Shown: positions 1 through 10,848, counted from the stretch's first letter. The stretch is DNA of 64,000 nucleotides from Geopsychrobacteraceae bacterium (GCA_963662315.1 OY759353.1:4352001-4416000); one strand, 5' to 3'. A program made the numbers and translations. Notes: a model not told the origin generated them from the letters alone.

Positions 1-1102
1 GACCAGGGCGCAGAATACGGGATCCTGGCGTCGGTTTCTGATAGTAGACCGTCAGAAGCTTGTCGCCGTCCTGAATATATTTGCTTCCCCACAGGACAAT
101 CGTGGAGTCTTTTATGGCCGACAGGTAAGCGAAGGGGCCTACGGCTCCGGTTGCTGTGACGGTTTCGCCTTTTACTTTAAGCTCTTTGATATGCCCGACC
201 GGAAAAAATTTTCCATCTTCCGCCGGAGCACCATTAAACAATTTGGTCCCGTCGTGCAGTTTGGTCACGTAAAGTGTTTCTTCAAGGTTGTAGCCTGTGT
301 CGGTTTTATGTAACTGCCAGATTGATTCTTCGCCATGTTTAGCCAGCTTGATAAAGCCTGCCTGGCCATAAGCAGAGTCGAGTCCGGCAACTACACTATA
401 GCTTGAGTTCAAAATATTCAGATCGGCATCGGCCTGAAGGGTTTTGAAATCGTGGTAGGCAGTGGTCTGGTTTTCAGGCGTCGTGGATAGGCCGCGGACC
501 AGAACTGCGATAACGACAACGGTAGACATGATAAGCAGCAGGGCGCCCTTAAAGAACTGGACGTAGGTTGTTGATGCCATGCCCGCTGTGGCAACGATGA
601 TGGTGACAACGATACCAACGATGCATACCCCGACCCAGTGCGGCAGACCGAGTAACTGTTGCACCAGGACTCCGGCGCCGACCATTTGTGGAATCAAGTA
701 AAAAACTGAAACCAGGAGGGTTGATATGGCGGCCATGAGCTGAATAGCCTTTGAGTTGAACTTTGAGTCAAGGGCGTCGGTGAAGGTATATTTGCCGAGT
801 CGTTTCATCGGTTCGGCAACCAAAAACAGGGCGACAATCCAGCCCGCCAGATAGCCGATGGAGTACATCCATCCGTCATAGCCTGCCGTTGCGATCATGC
901 CGCAAATGCCAAGAAATGATGCCGCGGAAAGATAGTCACCGGCGAAGGCGATACCATTGGTCATCCAATGAATCTGGCCGCCGGCGGCATAATACCCTGC
1001 TGCAGAGCTGGTCCTTCGTGCCAGGAAAAAGGACAGTCCCAGGACAAACAGGACAAAGCAGATAAACAGTCCGATGGCGAGCGGTGATTGGCTATAGATC
1101 AT
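1..1102 (-). CDS. actP: Cation/acetate symporter, sodium:solute symporter family (runs off the window start)
   Basis: Manual translation from ATG at 1102: MIYSQSPLAIGLFICFVLFVLGLSFFLARRTSSAAGYYAAGGQIHW.TNGIAFAGDYLSAASFLGI..., later YLIPQMVGAG. These are ActP-type motifs. Preceded by a DUF485-like gene. Absent from the ORF track because the stop is outside the window. Confidence 0.85.
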   Translation of the reverse strand, partial: MIYSQSPLAIGLFICFVLFVLGLSFFLARRTSSAAGYYAAGGQIHWMTNGIAFAGDYLSAASFLGICGMIATAGYDGWMYSIGYLAGWIVALFLVAEPMKRLGKYTFTDALDSKFNSKAIQLMAAISTLLVSVFYLIPQMVGAGVLVQQLLGLPHWVGVCIVGIVVTIIVATAGMASTTYVQFFKGALLLIMSTVVVIAVLVRGLSTTPENQTTAYHDFKTLQADADLNILNSSYSVVAGLDSAYGQAGFIKLAKHGEESIWQLHKTDTGYNLEETLYVTKLHDGTKLFNGAPAEDGKFFPVGHIKELKVKGETVTATGAVGPFAYLSAIKDSTIVLWGSKYIQDGDKLLTVYYQKPTPGSRILRPG

Positions 1103-1117
1103 GTGCTGTGTCCTTTC

Positions 1118-1402
1118 TTAGTCATTCAGCTGTTTTTCTGCTTTGTTGCAGAATGCGTTATAGATGACGGCCATAGCCAGAGCCAGAATGATCAGCCCGA
1201 ATCCCCAGATAACAGCAGCGGTCTGTCCCATAACACTGCTTTCCATCAATTTGGGGTTGGTTGTATTGATAATTACGAAGGTGGCGTAAACCAGACTGTA
1301 GATGATAAACATCTTGATGCCGAGTTTGGTTTTGTACCCTGCGGCATTGTCCTTGCTAAGCTTAACTGCGGGTCCGTGTCCCATGTGATGCTCCTCTCTC
1401 AA
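1118..1402 (-). CDS. DUF485-family small membrane protein (ActP partner)
   Basis: 94 aa, two hydrophobic segments, directly upstream of the actP-like gene, the usual position for this family. Confidence 0.7.
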   Translation of the reverse strand: MREEHHMGHGPAVKLSKDNAAGYKTKLGIKMFIIYSLVYATFVIINTTNPKLMESSVMGQTAAVIWGFGLIILALAMAVIYNAFCNKAEKQLND

Positions 1403-1674
1403 TGTGTGGTCAATGATAAAAAGTAACAGCGTTAGAAAGTAGATTTATCATTTTTCAGGTATAAAATATTATAATTACAGGATAAATGATTCGATCTGGT
1501 ATATATTTAGTTATATTGGTTTTTGAATGTACAGATAATAGCACGATGTTTTATAATTGAGTCAATAGAAAAATCAGCTCAACAGGAAGTCGTGAAGCTG
1601 CGGTCGTGGGTCAGGGAGTCAGTGGTATGCAGATCATAGGCTGGCTGGTTACAGCGTATGGCTTCTGCGCGCCT

Positions 1675-2595
1675 TTAGAGGATTTCAGGAGGGAAAGCGA
1701 CACAATCATCGATACGTTGAAGATCGCAGAGCAGCATAATCAGGCGGTCAATGCCTAAAGCTATTCCTGCAGCACTGTCGAGAAGAGCCAGTTCCCGTAA
1801 GAATGCTTCGGCCGTCGGGTAGGGAGTTTTTCCCCGGTCACGGCGGATGGCTTCTTCGCTACTGAAGCGCTGCCGCTGTTCCTGGGCATCGGTTAGTTCG
1901 GAAAAGCCGTTGGCTAGTTCCATGCCGCCAATATACAGTTCAAAGCGTTCGGCAAAGGCCGGATTTGACGTTTTGCGTCGGGCCAGAGATGCGTGTTGGA
2001 TGGGGTAATCAATGAGAAAAACCGGCTGATTGACCGGTAGCTGTGGCTCGATCTGAAGGGCAATTGCTGTATCGAATTCGTCGTTTGCCAGAGCCGTTTC
2101 AAGGGAAGTGGATGCATAGCGATCAAAAGCTTCTGCAACAGAGAGCCGCAACCAGGGGGACTGCAGGGATATGGGATGGCCCTGGTAATTGAGTGTTGCA
2201 TTGGGGCATATGGGGCATAGTGCATTAATCAGGTTTTCGCAATCGGTCATGAGGTCGTGGTAGTCGCGGTCGCGGCGGTACCATTCAAGCATGGTATATT
2301 CCGGCAGGTGACGGTTACTGCGTTCGCCGGCACGCCAGCAGCGGCAAAGCTGAAAAATATTATCGTATCCGGCCGCCAGCAGCCGTTTCATGCACAGTTC
2401 CGGGGAGGTCTGCAAAAACCAGTCTTCAGCCGCGATGGCATCAATGTATAATTCCGGAGCGTTGGCAGGCAGTCGATGGGGAGTTTCTACTTCGATGAAG
2501 TTTTGTGCCACGAAGAAAGCCCGGATCTGCTGAATGATCCGGGCCCGCTTGATGAGTGCATCCTGCTTTCGGGCAAGCTGCCAGTTGGGTTCCAA
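1675..2595 (-). CDS. epmA: EF-P lysine aminoacylase (EpmA/GenX/PoxA)
   Basis: Class II LysRS-like catalytic motifs (LQTSPEL.MKRLLAAG, RHLPEYTMLEWYR, ELANGFSELTD, GIALGIDRL) without anticodon domain; adjacent to efp. Confidence 0.92.
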   Translation of the reverse strand: MEPNWQLARKQDALIKRARIIQQIRAFFVAQNFIEVETPHRLPANAPELYIDAIAAEDWFLQTSPELCMKRLLAAGYDNIFQLCRCWRAGERSNRHLPEYTMLEWYRRDRDYHDLMTDCENLINALCPICPNATLNYQGHPISLQSPWLRLSVAEAFDRYASTSLETALANDEFDTAIALQIEPQLPVNQPVFLIDYPIQHASLARRKTSNPAFAERFELYIGGMELANGFSELTDAQEQRQRFSSEEAIRRDRGKTPYPTAEAFLRELALLDSAAGIALGIDRLIMLLCDLQRIDDCVAFPPEIL

Positions 2596-2600
2596 CTTGG

Positions 2601-3164
2601 CTATTCCTTGACGCGCGTTGAGTATTCGCCGGTACGGGTGTCAATCTGGATCAGAATGCCCTCTTCAACGAAGGAGGGAACCTGTAGCGTGTATCCGGTC
2701 TCAACGGTGGCCGGCTTGTTGTTGCCGGCAGCGGTGTCGCCTTTGACCCATGGATCCGCCTGGGTGACGCGCAGTGTAACAAAGTTGGGAAGGCTGATAC
2801 CTATGCCACGTTCTCCATACATGAGAATACTGACTTCCATATTGTCAATCAGGAAATATTTATCGTCACCCAAGGTTTCTTCACTCAGGGTAATTTGCTC
2901 GAAGGATTTATTATCCATGAACACATAGCCGGTTTCGTCCTGATAGAGGTACTGCATGTCGCGCTCTTCAAGGCTGGCTGGCTCAAAGGTTTCACCACTG
3001 CGGTAGGTGCGGTCAAACAGAGACCCGGTGATCATGTTACGCAATTTGCATTTATACAGGGCCTGACCTTTACCGGGTTTGGTAAAGTCATACTGGACGA
3101 TCACATGAGGATCGCCATCAATCAGTAATTTGAGACCTTTTTTTAAGTCGGAACAGCTATACAT
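2601..3164 (-). CDS. efp: Elongation factor P
   Basis: KPGKGQA loop, VKGDTA, KPATVETG, IDTRTGEY. Confidence 0.97.
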   Translation of the reverse strand: MYSCSDLKKGLKLLIDGDPHVIVQYDFTKPGKGQALYKCKLRNMITGSLFDRTYRSGETFEPASLEERDMQYLYQDETGYVFMDNKSFEQITLSEETLGDDKYFLIDNMEVSILMYGERGIGISLPNFVTLRVTQADPWVKGDTAAGNNKPATVETGYTLQVPSFVEEGILIQIDTRTGEYSTRVKE

Positions 3165-3325
3165 ACAGTACTCCTTTTATCTGATTCTTCTTTATCTTCA
3201 GGAATTCGGCATTTAATCACAACTATGCGTTGTTGTCATGGGAAAACGTTTGGAAATACGCCCAAAATTGATTTTTTAACGGGCGCGAAAGCAACAGAGA
3301 AACGTCACCTGCACAAGACGAATCT

Positions 3326-4597
3326 TCAGTCCTGTTGGCGGCGTTGAAGGAACAGATAGCCGGCTTCGATGACTTCTGAGCTGATCAGTAACAGCATTGC
3401 TATGGTAATTCCCGACACCGCCGGCTGAAAGTAAACGGTGGGCCACCATAACACCAGGATGAAAGCACACTTGATGAGCGTGGATTTTCCCAGCAAAGCG
3501 GTTTTTTCGGTACTGGAAAACCAGCCTCGCAGGAGGTGTGATGCTCCGTAAAAGAACGGAAAGATCGCACAAAGGATCATGCCAAACCGCATATAGCGGG
3601 CCAGTTCAGGGTCAGCGCCGAGCAACCGGACAAGCACAATGTGCTCCGCCGGTCCGGCCGTAACCAGAAACAGAATGCTCAGCAGCGCGGCGAAAAATAT
3701 GCTGAAGCGTAATAGTCGGCGACTGTCCCTGGCGGTTTTGACCAGGGCGATGTGTGCCTGTTGAAGATTGCGCATCGGACCTGCGAGCAGGAAGACCAGG
3801 CCTCTTAAGACACCGAAAGCGGCCAGTGCCAAAGCACCGTCGCTGAGGCGTCCGATGATGGCGCTGATAAGCAGGGGGATGGCCTGTTGCAGGCAGGATG
3901 AGTAGGCCAGAGGCAAGCCATACTGAAATATTTGTCGCACGGACTTTTGTGGACCGGCCTGGGTGAAATAGGGATGAATGCGAAGCAGCAGGATACCGAT
4001 AACCAGGGTTTCAGTCGCGATGCAGCAGACCAGACCAAAGGCCCCAAGACGTGCGCCACTGAACCATGAGTGTTCGATGGCCAGGAAGAAAAACAGTGAG
4101 ACTGCGCGCACCCCGGTTGCCAGCGAGATTAAACCGGTACGTCGTAATTGTAGTAACAGGCCTTGGCAAAAAAAACGAAAGCCGCTGATAAACGGCAGGA
4201 TGACCAGAATCTGCATGGCACGACGTGCTTCTATGGCGACTTCGGGTGGCGTTCCGAGAAAAGAAAACACCAGATGTCCGACCGGCGTATAAGCGACCAG
4301 TCCCACCATGATAGCAACGTAGCAGGAGGTGGTCAGGATATAGATCATAGTGCCGATGGCAGAATGACGTCCGCGGGCCATGACCATGGTGATGGTATGA
4401 TTCTGATAGGTCGGCGACGACAGAAACAAATGAGTGATCAGGGCAACCGACATTCCGGCCAGCGCCGTTAGGTAATTGTCCAGCCGGGCAAGGGCGCTGT
4501 TGATGATGGTATGTGAAATGCTCATGAGCTGAACATTGAGCACTAGAGGGAAAAAGAACCAGGCGATTTCCCGATAAGTCAGTCTGTTTTCAGGCAC
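3326..4597 (-). CDS. Multi-pass membrane protein, MATE/MOP-superfamily-like
   Basis: 423 aa, about 12 hydrophobic segments, apparent two-half repeat; start overlaps the stop of the HAD gene. Confidence 0.55.
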   Translation of the reverse strand: MPENRLTYREIAWFFFPLVLNVQLMSISHTIINSALARLDNYLTALAGMSVALITHLFLSSPTYQNHTITMVMARGRHSAIGTMIYILTTSCYVAIMVGLVAYTPVGHLVFSFLGTPPEVAIEARRAMQILVILPFISGFRFFCQGLLLQLRRTGLISLATGVRAVSLFFFLAIEHSWFSGARLGAFGLVCCIATETLVIGILLLRIHPYFTQAGPQKSVRQIFQYGLPLAYSSCLQQAIPLLISAIIGRLSDGALALAAFGVLRGLVFLLAGPMRNLQQAHIALVKTARDSRRLLRFSIFFAALLSILFLVTAGPAEHIVLVRLLGADPELARYMRFGMILCAIFPFFYGASHLLRGWFSSTEKTALLGKSTLIKCAFILVLWWPTVYFQPAVSGITIAMLLLISSEVIEAGYLFLQRRQQD

Positions 4598-5234
4598 GAT
4601 AAGGTCCCGGGAAAAGCTGGCTTAAGTCAGCGGCTGTCTTGGCCTCAAAGTCATAATTCAAGCCACCACTGTTGCCAAAGCCATAGTGGCAGAAACAGGT
4701 TGCTGTTCCGGCACCCTGACCGGCGTGCAGGTCAGTATGATGGTCGCCGATCATCACCGCTTGGCTGGGGGCAGCGCCGAGCGCAATAAGCGCTTGCCTG
4801 ACCGGAAACGGATCAGGCTTCTTCTGTGCAAAGGTATCGCCGCCAATAATAACGGCAAAAAGATGATGTATCTTTAACCCTTCCAGGATAGCGAGGGTCT
4901 GGCTGTGGGGTTTATTGGTAATAATGGCCATATTTTCGGCCGTGTGCTGTTGCAAAAGCGCTTCGATACCGAGATAGCAGCACGTATTATCCAGCAGGTG
5001 CTGGTCGTAAATACGTAGAAAACGTTCAACATGTTCGGGCCGAAACAGATGCTCACCCAGGGCACGGCGGACCAGTAAGGAAACACCATCGCCAACCATG
5101 GACGCTGCCTCGTCAATTGGCAGGGGAGGACAATTCAGGCTCGCGCGTAACAGATTCAGAGACAAGGCAAGGTCCGGGATAGAATCGATCAAGGTTCCGT
5201 CGAGGTCGAAAAGCAGGTATTGGGGAGCGTTCAT
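4590..5234 (-). CDS. gph: HAD-IA hydrolase, phosphoglycolate phosphatase-like
   Basis: FDLDGTLIDS, TNKP, KKPDP and MIGD..TD HAD motifs. Confidence 0.8.
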   Translation of the reverse strand: MNAPQYLLFDLDGTLIDSIPDLALSLNLLRASLNCPPLPIDEAASMVGDGVSLLVRRALGEHLFRPEHVERFLRIYDQHLLDNTCCYLGIEALLQQHTAENMAIITNKPHSQTLAILEGLKIHHLFAVIIGGDTFAQKKPDPFPVRQALIALGAAPSQAVMIGDHHTDLHAGQGAGTATCFCHYGFGNSGGLNYDFEAKTAADLSQLFPGPYRA

Positions 5235-5235
5235 A

Positions 5236-5934
5236 TCAGTTCATTGACTTTCTGGCACCAAAAATAGCGGTACCGACCCGCACCAGGGTCGCACCTTCCT
5301 CGACCGCAATTTCAAAGTCTCCACTCATTCCCATGGACAGCTCCTGCATGGAGACTCCGTCAATATGCAACGCAGTGATCTGGTCCGATAGTTCACGCAG
5401 GCGCCTGAAATAGGGGCGGACACGTTCCGCATCGTCATCATGGGGAGGCAGGCACATCAGCCCTTTGATGTTCAAATGAGGCAGCTCGGCGATGGCACGA
5501 ACCAGAGGTTCCAGCTGTTCAGGTTGGCAGCCGGACTTACTCGCTTCATCGCCAATATTGACCTGAATCAGAATGTCGATGGAGTGGTCCAATTTGCTCC
5601 ACTGCTTGCTGATTTCCTGGGCCAGGGACAGGCGATCGACCGAATGGATCATGGCAACCTTGCCCCTGATGTATTTCACTTTGTTGCTTTGCAGGGCACC
5701 AATGAAATGCCAGGTGACCGGAGCGCTGACGATACCGACCTTTTGTGAAAATTCCTGAACATAGTTTTCGCCAAACAGCTGCTGACCGGCTGCATAGGCA
5801 GCGTCAACCAGTTCTGCCGGTTTGACTTTGGATACGGCAACCAGCCGGACGCTGTCAGCACTGCGTCCGCTTCTGGCACAGGCCGCATCGATGCGTCTAC
5901 GGATCTGGGTAATATTAGCAGTGATGTCGTTCAT
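5236..5934 (-). CDS. yggS: PLP homeostasis protein YggS
   Basis: LVAVSK, FGENYVQE, WHFIGALQSNK, LSMGMSGDF, VRVGTAIFG; start taken at MNDITAN (5934). Confidence 0.93.
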   Translation of the reverse strand: MNDITANITQIRRRIDAACARSGRSADSVRLVAVSKVKPAELVDAAYAAGQQLFGENYVQEFSQKVGIVSAPVTWHFIGALQSNKVKYIRGKVAMIHSVDRLSLAQEISKQWSKLDHSIDILIQVNIGDEASKSGCQPEQLEPLVRAIAELPHLNIKGLMCLPPHDDDAERVRPYFRRLRELSDQITALHIDGVSMQELSMGMSGDFEIAVEEGATLVRVGTAIFGARKSMN

Positions 5935-5948
5935 GAACGTACCTCGAG

Positions 5949-6539
5949 TTAAATTTTCAGAGGAACACCAAAATCTTTCAGGGCGAGAGTCAGACGGCAT
6001 AACGGCAGACCGACAACGTTGCTGTAGCTGCCTTCAATGCCGGCGACAAAGCAGACGCCAAGACCCTGGATGGCGTAGGCCCCGGCTTTGTCGGCAGGTT
6101 CTCCCGTAGCAATGTAGCGGGCGATTTCCTCGTCTGTCAAATCCCGAAAGCGCACCCGTGTCGCCACGGCTTCGACATGTTGGCGACCAGTCTGCCGGTC
6201 TATGATGGCAATGCCTGACAGAACCTGATGTTCACGTCCCGACAGTTGCTGAAGCATCTGGCGGGCATGGTCATTATCGCGTGGTTTGCCAAGAATAAGG
6301 TCGTTACATAAAACGATGGTGTCGCTGCCGATATACCAGCGACCCGTGACATCAGCTCGCATGGCTACTTCCTGAGCCTTGGCCAGGCTCAGGCGCTGGA
6401 CCAGCTGTTCAGGCGTCTCTTCGGGCAGAACATCTTCCGCAGCGTTACTCGGGACAACGGCAAATTCGAGGCCGATCTGTTCAAGAAGCTCGCGGCGGCG
6501 GGGCGATCCAGAAGCAAGAATAATACGATCTGTCGGCAT
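5949..6539 (-). CDS. maf: Maf nucleoside triphosphate pyrophosphatase
   Basis: ILASGSPRRRELL, GSDTIV, GKP, DKAGAYAIQG, SNVVGLPL; start taken at MPTDRII. Confidence 0.92.
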   Translation of the reverse strand: MPTDRIILASGSPRRRELLEQIGLEFAVVPSNAAEDVLPEETPEQLVQRLSLAKAQEVAMRADVTGRWYIGSDTIVLCNDLILGKPRDNDHARQMLQQLSGREHQVLSGIAIIDRQTGRQHVEAVATRVRFRDLTDEEIARYIATGEPADKAGAYAIQGLGVCFVAGIEGSYSNVVGLPLCRLTLALKDFGVPLKI

Positions 6540-6543
6540 GTTG

Positions 6544-7872
6544 TTACCCCTTGAGCTCCTGCCGTTTTGCGGCAATTGGTCCCCACCATGCCGGTAACGC
6601 ATTAAGGGCGCGATCAGCCATGGCCAGGCGGCGGTCAGCGCGTTTCATTTTGCGTCCTTCCAGGGGCGGGAACAGGCCGTAATTAATATTCATCGGCTGG
6701 AAATTGTCGACTTCCGCTGAAGACAGGTGATTAAGCAATGAGCCGAATCCGGTTTCAGCCGGGGGGAACGGCACAGCTTCATCACGCAGCAGTGCTGCCG
6801 CAAAGATCCCGGCCAGAAAGCCGCAGGCCGCTGACTCGACATAACCTTCAACGCCACTGAGCTGTCCGGCAGCAAGGATGTGCGGAGCCTGCTTGAACTG
6901 CAGGGTGGGCAACAGACAGGCCGGGGCATTGATAAAGGTATTCCTGTGCATGCTGCCGAGTCGGGCAAATACGGCGTTTTCAAGGCCGGGAATCATGCGG
7001 AAAATGCGTTTTTGCTCCGGATAGGTCAGACGGGTCTGAAAACCGACGATGTTGAACAACGACGCATGGCGGTTGTCCTGACGCAGCTGGATAACGGCGT
7101 AAGGTGTTTTTCCGGTTTTGGGGTCGGGTAAGCCAACCGGCTTCATCGGTCCGAAGGCCAGGGTTTGCTCACCGCGGGACGCCATTTCTTCAATCGGCAT
7201 GCACCCTTCAAAGTGGATCAGTTTCTCAAACTCGCGCCCGGCGACCTTGTCCGCTTCAAGAAGTTCATGAACAAACTGCTGGTACTGTTCTTTATCGAGA
7301 GGGCAGTTGATGTAGTCGTCTCCCCCTTTGTCGTAGCGGGAGGCGCGCCAGGCTTTGCTGTAATCGATGCTCTCGGCTTCTATAATAGGGGCAATGGCAT
7401 CGTAAAAATACAGGTGCTCAGCGCCGGTCAGCTTGGCGAGCTCGGCAGACAGCTTATCCGAGGTCAGCGGACCACTGGCCAGAATTGTCAGACCTGCGGT
7501 TGGCAGTTGTGTCACTTCTTCTCTGACCAGTTCGATGTTGCTGGCGCCGTTTATCTTGTTGGTTATGTAGTCAGAAAACTCATCCCGATCGACAGCCAGG
7601 GCACCTCCGGCCGGGACTGCTGTGGCGTCGGCTGCTTCCAGGAATAGCGATCCACAGCGGCGCAGCTCCTCTTTCAGGCAGCCGACAGCGTTATTCATGC
7701 CACTGCCGCGCAGACTGTTGGAACAGACCAGTTCTGCGAGTTTTTCACTCTGGTGCGCAGGGGAAAACTGCAGCGGCTTCATCTCAAACAGTTTGACCTG
7801 AAAACCGTCCTGCGCCAATTGCCAGGCAGCTTCCGTGCCGGCCAGACCGGCACCGATTATGTTGATATCCAT
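6544..7872 (-). CDS. trmFO: Folate/FAD-dependent tRNA (uracil-5-)-methyltransferase
   Basis: [57 protein letters not shown]. Confidence 0.95.
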   Translation of the reverse strand: MDINIIGAGLAGTEAAWQLAQDGFQVKLFEMKPLQFSPAHQSEKLAELVCSNSLRGSGMNNAVGCLKEELRRCGSLFLEAADATAVPAGGALAVDRDEFSDYITNKINGASNIELVREEVTQLPTAGLTILASGPLTSDKLSAELAKLTGAEHLYFYDAIAPIIEAESIDYSKAWRASRYDKGGDDYINCPLDKEQYQQFVHELLEADKVAGREFEKLIHFEGCMPIEEMASRGEQTLAFGPMKPVGLPDPKTGKTPYAVIQLRQDNRHASLFNIVGFQTRLTYPEQKRIFRMIPGLENAVFARLGSMHRNTFINAPACLLPTLQFKQAPHILAAGQLSGVEGYVESAACGFLAGIFAAALLRDEAVPFPPAETGFGSLLNHLSSAEVDNFQPMNINYGLFPPLEGRKMKRADRRLAMADRALNALPAWWGPIAAKRQELKG

Positions 7873-7953
7873 AGTTTTTCTTCCTTAAAAAAGCAAACCG
7901 GCCGAAATGAAAGATTCCGGCCGGCGCTATTATATTTCATCTTGCAGGAGCGA

Positions 7954-10287
7954 TCAGGATTTTTTTGTTGTTTTCTTTGTCGCGCTGGCATTTTTTGGGG
8001 CCGGCGTTTTTTTCTCGGGAGCAATTAAAACGTTCTCCCAGTCACAACTCTCCTGCGGACAACGTTGCACCGTACCCCAGCGCTTGGTGGTTTTGATTTC
8101 AGTGACCGGCCAGCCACATTTGGGACACGGTTCCGCTTTGGGTGGATTCCACAGGGCATACTTGCACTGTGGGTACCTGTTGCAGGAATAGAAAATTTTA
8201 CCGTAGCGACTTTTTTTCTCCTGCATTTCCCCTTCCCCACATTGCGGGCAGGTTATGTTGAGGGATTTGGGTTTTTCCAGCGGCTGAATGTTTTTACATT
8301 TGGGGTAACCACTGCAGGCCAGGAACTTGCCATAACGGCCGTTTTTAATCAGCATCTGCGAGCCGCATTTGTCACACTTCTCTTCAGAAAAAACAGGTTC
8401 TTCCGTTTCTTTGTCTTCACCTTTGAGAGGTTCGGTGTGGCGACAGTCGGGGAACCCTGAGCAGGCGAGGAAACGTCCTGAGCGGCCGAGTTTTATAACC
8501 AGTTCTTTACCACACTCCGGACATTCCTTGTCCGTTTTTTCGGTGGTAACATCAGCCTTGCTGACTTCCTGGTCTTTACGCCGCAGCAGGGCGATAAAGG
8601 GGTCCCAGAATTGTTTGATCGCCGGGGTCCATGATTGTTCCCCACGCGAAATAGCGTCGAGCTCCTCTTCCAGTTCGGCAGTGAAATCATAATCAACGTA
8701 CTGGCTGAAGTGTTCGGTCAGCAACTTGGTAACCACCCGGCCGGTGTCTTCAGGGAAGAAGGTTCGCTTGTCAAGGCGTACATATTTCCGGGTGACCAGT
8801 GTCGCCATGATGCTGGCGTAGGTTGAAGGGCGGCCAATACCATATTCTTCCAGGGTTTTAACCAGACTGGCTTCGGTAAAGCGTGGCGGTGGCTGAGTAA
8901 AGTGTTGCTCCGGAGTCAGTTTCTGCTTTGTTAAATGTTCGCCAACTTGCAGTGCCGGAAGCAGCCCTTCTTTGTTCTCATCATCATCAGAATCAGTGCC
9001 TTCGATGTAGAGAGCCATAAAACCGGGAAAGCGCAGGATTTGGCCAGTCGCCCTGAAGCTGTAGCGTTCACCGGCGCTAATATCGACACTAGTGGCATCA
9101 AAAATAGCCTGGGCCATCTGGGAGGCAACGGTACGCTTCCAGATCAGCTCGTAAAGGCGATACTGGTCGGAGCTCAAGAAGGCCTTAAGCTGCTTGGGCA
9201 GGCGCGCCACCGAGGTTGGACGGATCGCTTCGTGAGCTTCCTGGGCATTCTTGCTTTTGTTGCGAAAGACACGTGGTTTCGCCAGGGCATAGCTGGTATC
9301 GTAGAGGCTACAGATAACCTCACGCGCTTCACTCGTGGCCTGATCCGACAAGGCGACGGAATCGGTACGCATGTAGGTGATCAGACCGTGGGTGCCATCA
9401 CCAACCTCAATGCCTTCATAAAGCTTCTGGGCAATATTCATGGTTTTGCGCGCAGAAAAACCAAGTTTACGGCTGGCTTCCTGCTGCAGGGTGCTGGTGG
9501 TGAACGGCGGCGCCGGATTTCTTTTACGTTCCTTTTGCTCCAGGTTGCTGACGTTGTAGTTCTGCTGTTCCAGTTCGCTGACGATCTGGCGCGCCTGCTC
9601 TTCGGTGGTAATGGCAAACTTGCCCAGGCTTTTTTCGTCACAACTATGCAATTTAGCAGTAAAACAACTCTCTTCGGCATTGCTCAGCAATGCTTCCAGT
9701 GTCCAGTATTCGCGCGGTTCAAAGGCTTCGATTTCATCTTCGCGTTCGCAGATCAGGCGCAGTGCTACGGATTGAACCCGTCCGGCGGATAGGCCGTAGC
9801 GGATTTTTTTCCACAGAAAGGGGGAGAGGTTAAAGCCAACCAGATAGTCTAAAATTGAACGGGCTTGTTGTGCGTCTACCAGATCACGGGCGATGTGACG
9901 GGGATTCTTCATCGCATCGGTGATGGCCGACTTGGTGATTTCGTGAAAGGTGACCCGCTTGACGACCGGCTTGGTTGAATTTTCATCAATACCCAAAGCC
10001 TCCAGCAGGTGCCAGGCGATCGCTTCCCCTTCGCGGTCAAGGTCGGTTGCGAGAATAAGTTCGTCGCTTTTGGCCGCTTCTTTCTTCAGGACAGAAATCT
10101 GCTTGGTACTGTCCGGCAGAACCTGATATTTCGGTTTGAAATTATCGCTGACATCGACAGATCCCTGTTTGCTTGGCAGGGCTCGAACATGACCATAGGA
10201 GGCTAGAACTTTGTAGCCTTTGCCAAGAAACTTCTCTATGGTTTTTGCTTTTGCCGGCGACTCAACGATAACCAGTGATTGTCCCAT
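7954..10287 (-). CDS. topA: DNA topoisomerase I
   Basis: LVIVESPAKAKTI, ATDLDREGEAI, SAGRVQS, ITYMRTDS (catalytic Tyr), C-terminal Cys zinc ribbons; start at MGQSLVIV. Confidence 0.97.
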   Translation of the reverse strand: MGQSLVIVESPAKAKTIEKFLGKGYKVLASYGHVRALPSKQGSVDVSDNFKPKYQVLPDSTKQISVLKKEAAKSDELILATDLDREGEAIAWHLLEALGIDENSTKPVVKRVTFHEITKSAITDAMKNPRHIARDLVDAQQARSILDYLVGFNLSPFLWKKIRYGLSAGRVQSVALRLICEREDEIEAFEPREYWTLEALLSNAEESCFTAKLHSCDEKSLGKFAITTEEQARQIVSELEQQNYNVSNLEQKERKRNPAPPFTTSTLQQEASRKLGFSARKTMNIAQKLYEGIEVGDGTHGLITYMRTDSVALSDQATSEAREVICSLYDTSYALAKPRVFRNKSKNAQEAHEAIRPTSVARLPKQLKAFLSSDQYRLYELIWKRTVASQMAQAIFDATSVDISAGERYSFRATGQILRFPGFMALYIEGTDSDDDENKEGLLPALQVGEHLTKQKLTPEQHFTQPPPRFTEASLVKTLEEYGIGRPSTYASIMATLVTRKYVRLDKRTFFPEDTGRVVTKLLTEHFSQYVDYDFTAELEEELDAISRGEQSWTPAIKQFWDPFIALLRRKDQEVSKADVTTEKTDKECPECGKELVIKLGRSGRFLACSGFPDCRHTEPLKGEDKETEEPVFSEEKCDKCGSQMLIKNGRYGKFLACSGYPKCKNIQPLEKPKSLNITCPQCGEGEMQEKKSRYGKIFYSCNRYPQCKYALWNPPKAEPCPKCGWPVTEIKTTKRWGTVQRCPQESCDWENVLIAPEKKTPAPKNASATKKTTKKS

Positions 10288-10371
10288 CTTCTCCTCAATA
10301 GTAGCGCCCAGGGTTGCTCCCCTCCGAGCCAAAAATAAAAAAGGTTGCGTTTGAAGCGCAACCAGTGCTTT

Positions 10372-10848
10372 TTAATGATATATGCGTGTCCAGTCATTTT
10401 CAAGGAAACAATCAATTTCCCTGAGCCAGAGACTACTGGAACGTGACAGCATGGTCAGAATGGCAATCAGTTTGATTTCCGGTTCTGTGATCGGGTCTTC
10501 TGCCCCACGCGTGGCGCGCTCAATAATTTCCTCCTGGCAGTCATCGTTCAGCAGGCCCATGGTTCTCAGCCTGATCAGAAATCCGCGTGCCTCCAGGGTC
10601 AGCATCTGTTGTTCCGGTTCACTGAAGAGGCGGTAGGTTACGTTGTTGTGCAACGGATTTGGGGCCTTTTCATCGGTCGGACGCAGGGCAATCGTCTCCA
10701 TCCAGGAAAATGCGTCGTTGATTTCTTCAGCTTCGTAGCCAACAGAAATCAGCTCTGCAATGAGTTCCTGCTCGTTGATGGGGTTGTCTTCTGCACCCAA
10801 TACATATTGCGCGATCAGATTGACGATCGCCAGCACACGCTCCCGCAA
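10372..10848 (-). CDS. smg: Smg/DUF494 family protein
   Basis: Sits between dprA and topA; GYEAEEINDAFSW and EARGFL..L..MGLL....EEIIER pattern. Confidence 0.75.
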   Translation of the reverse strand: MRERVLAIVNLIAQYVLGAEDNPINEQELIAELISVGYEAEEINDAFSWMETIALRPTDEKAPNPLHNNVTYRLFSEPEQQMLTLEARGFLIRLRTMGLLNDDCQEEIIERATRGAEDPITEPEIKLIAILTMLSRSSSLWLREIDCFLENDWTRIYH

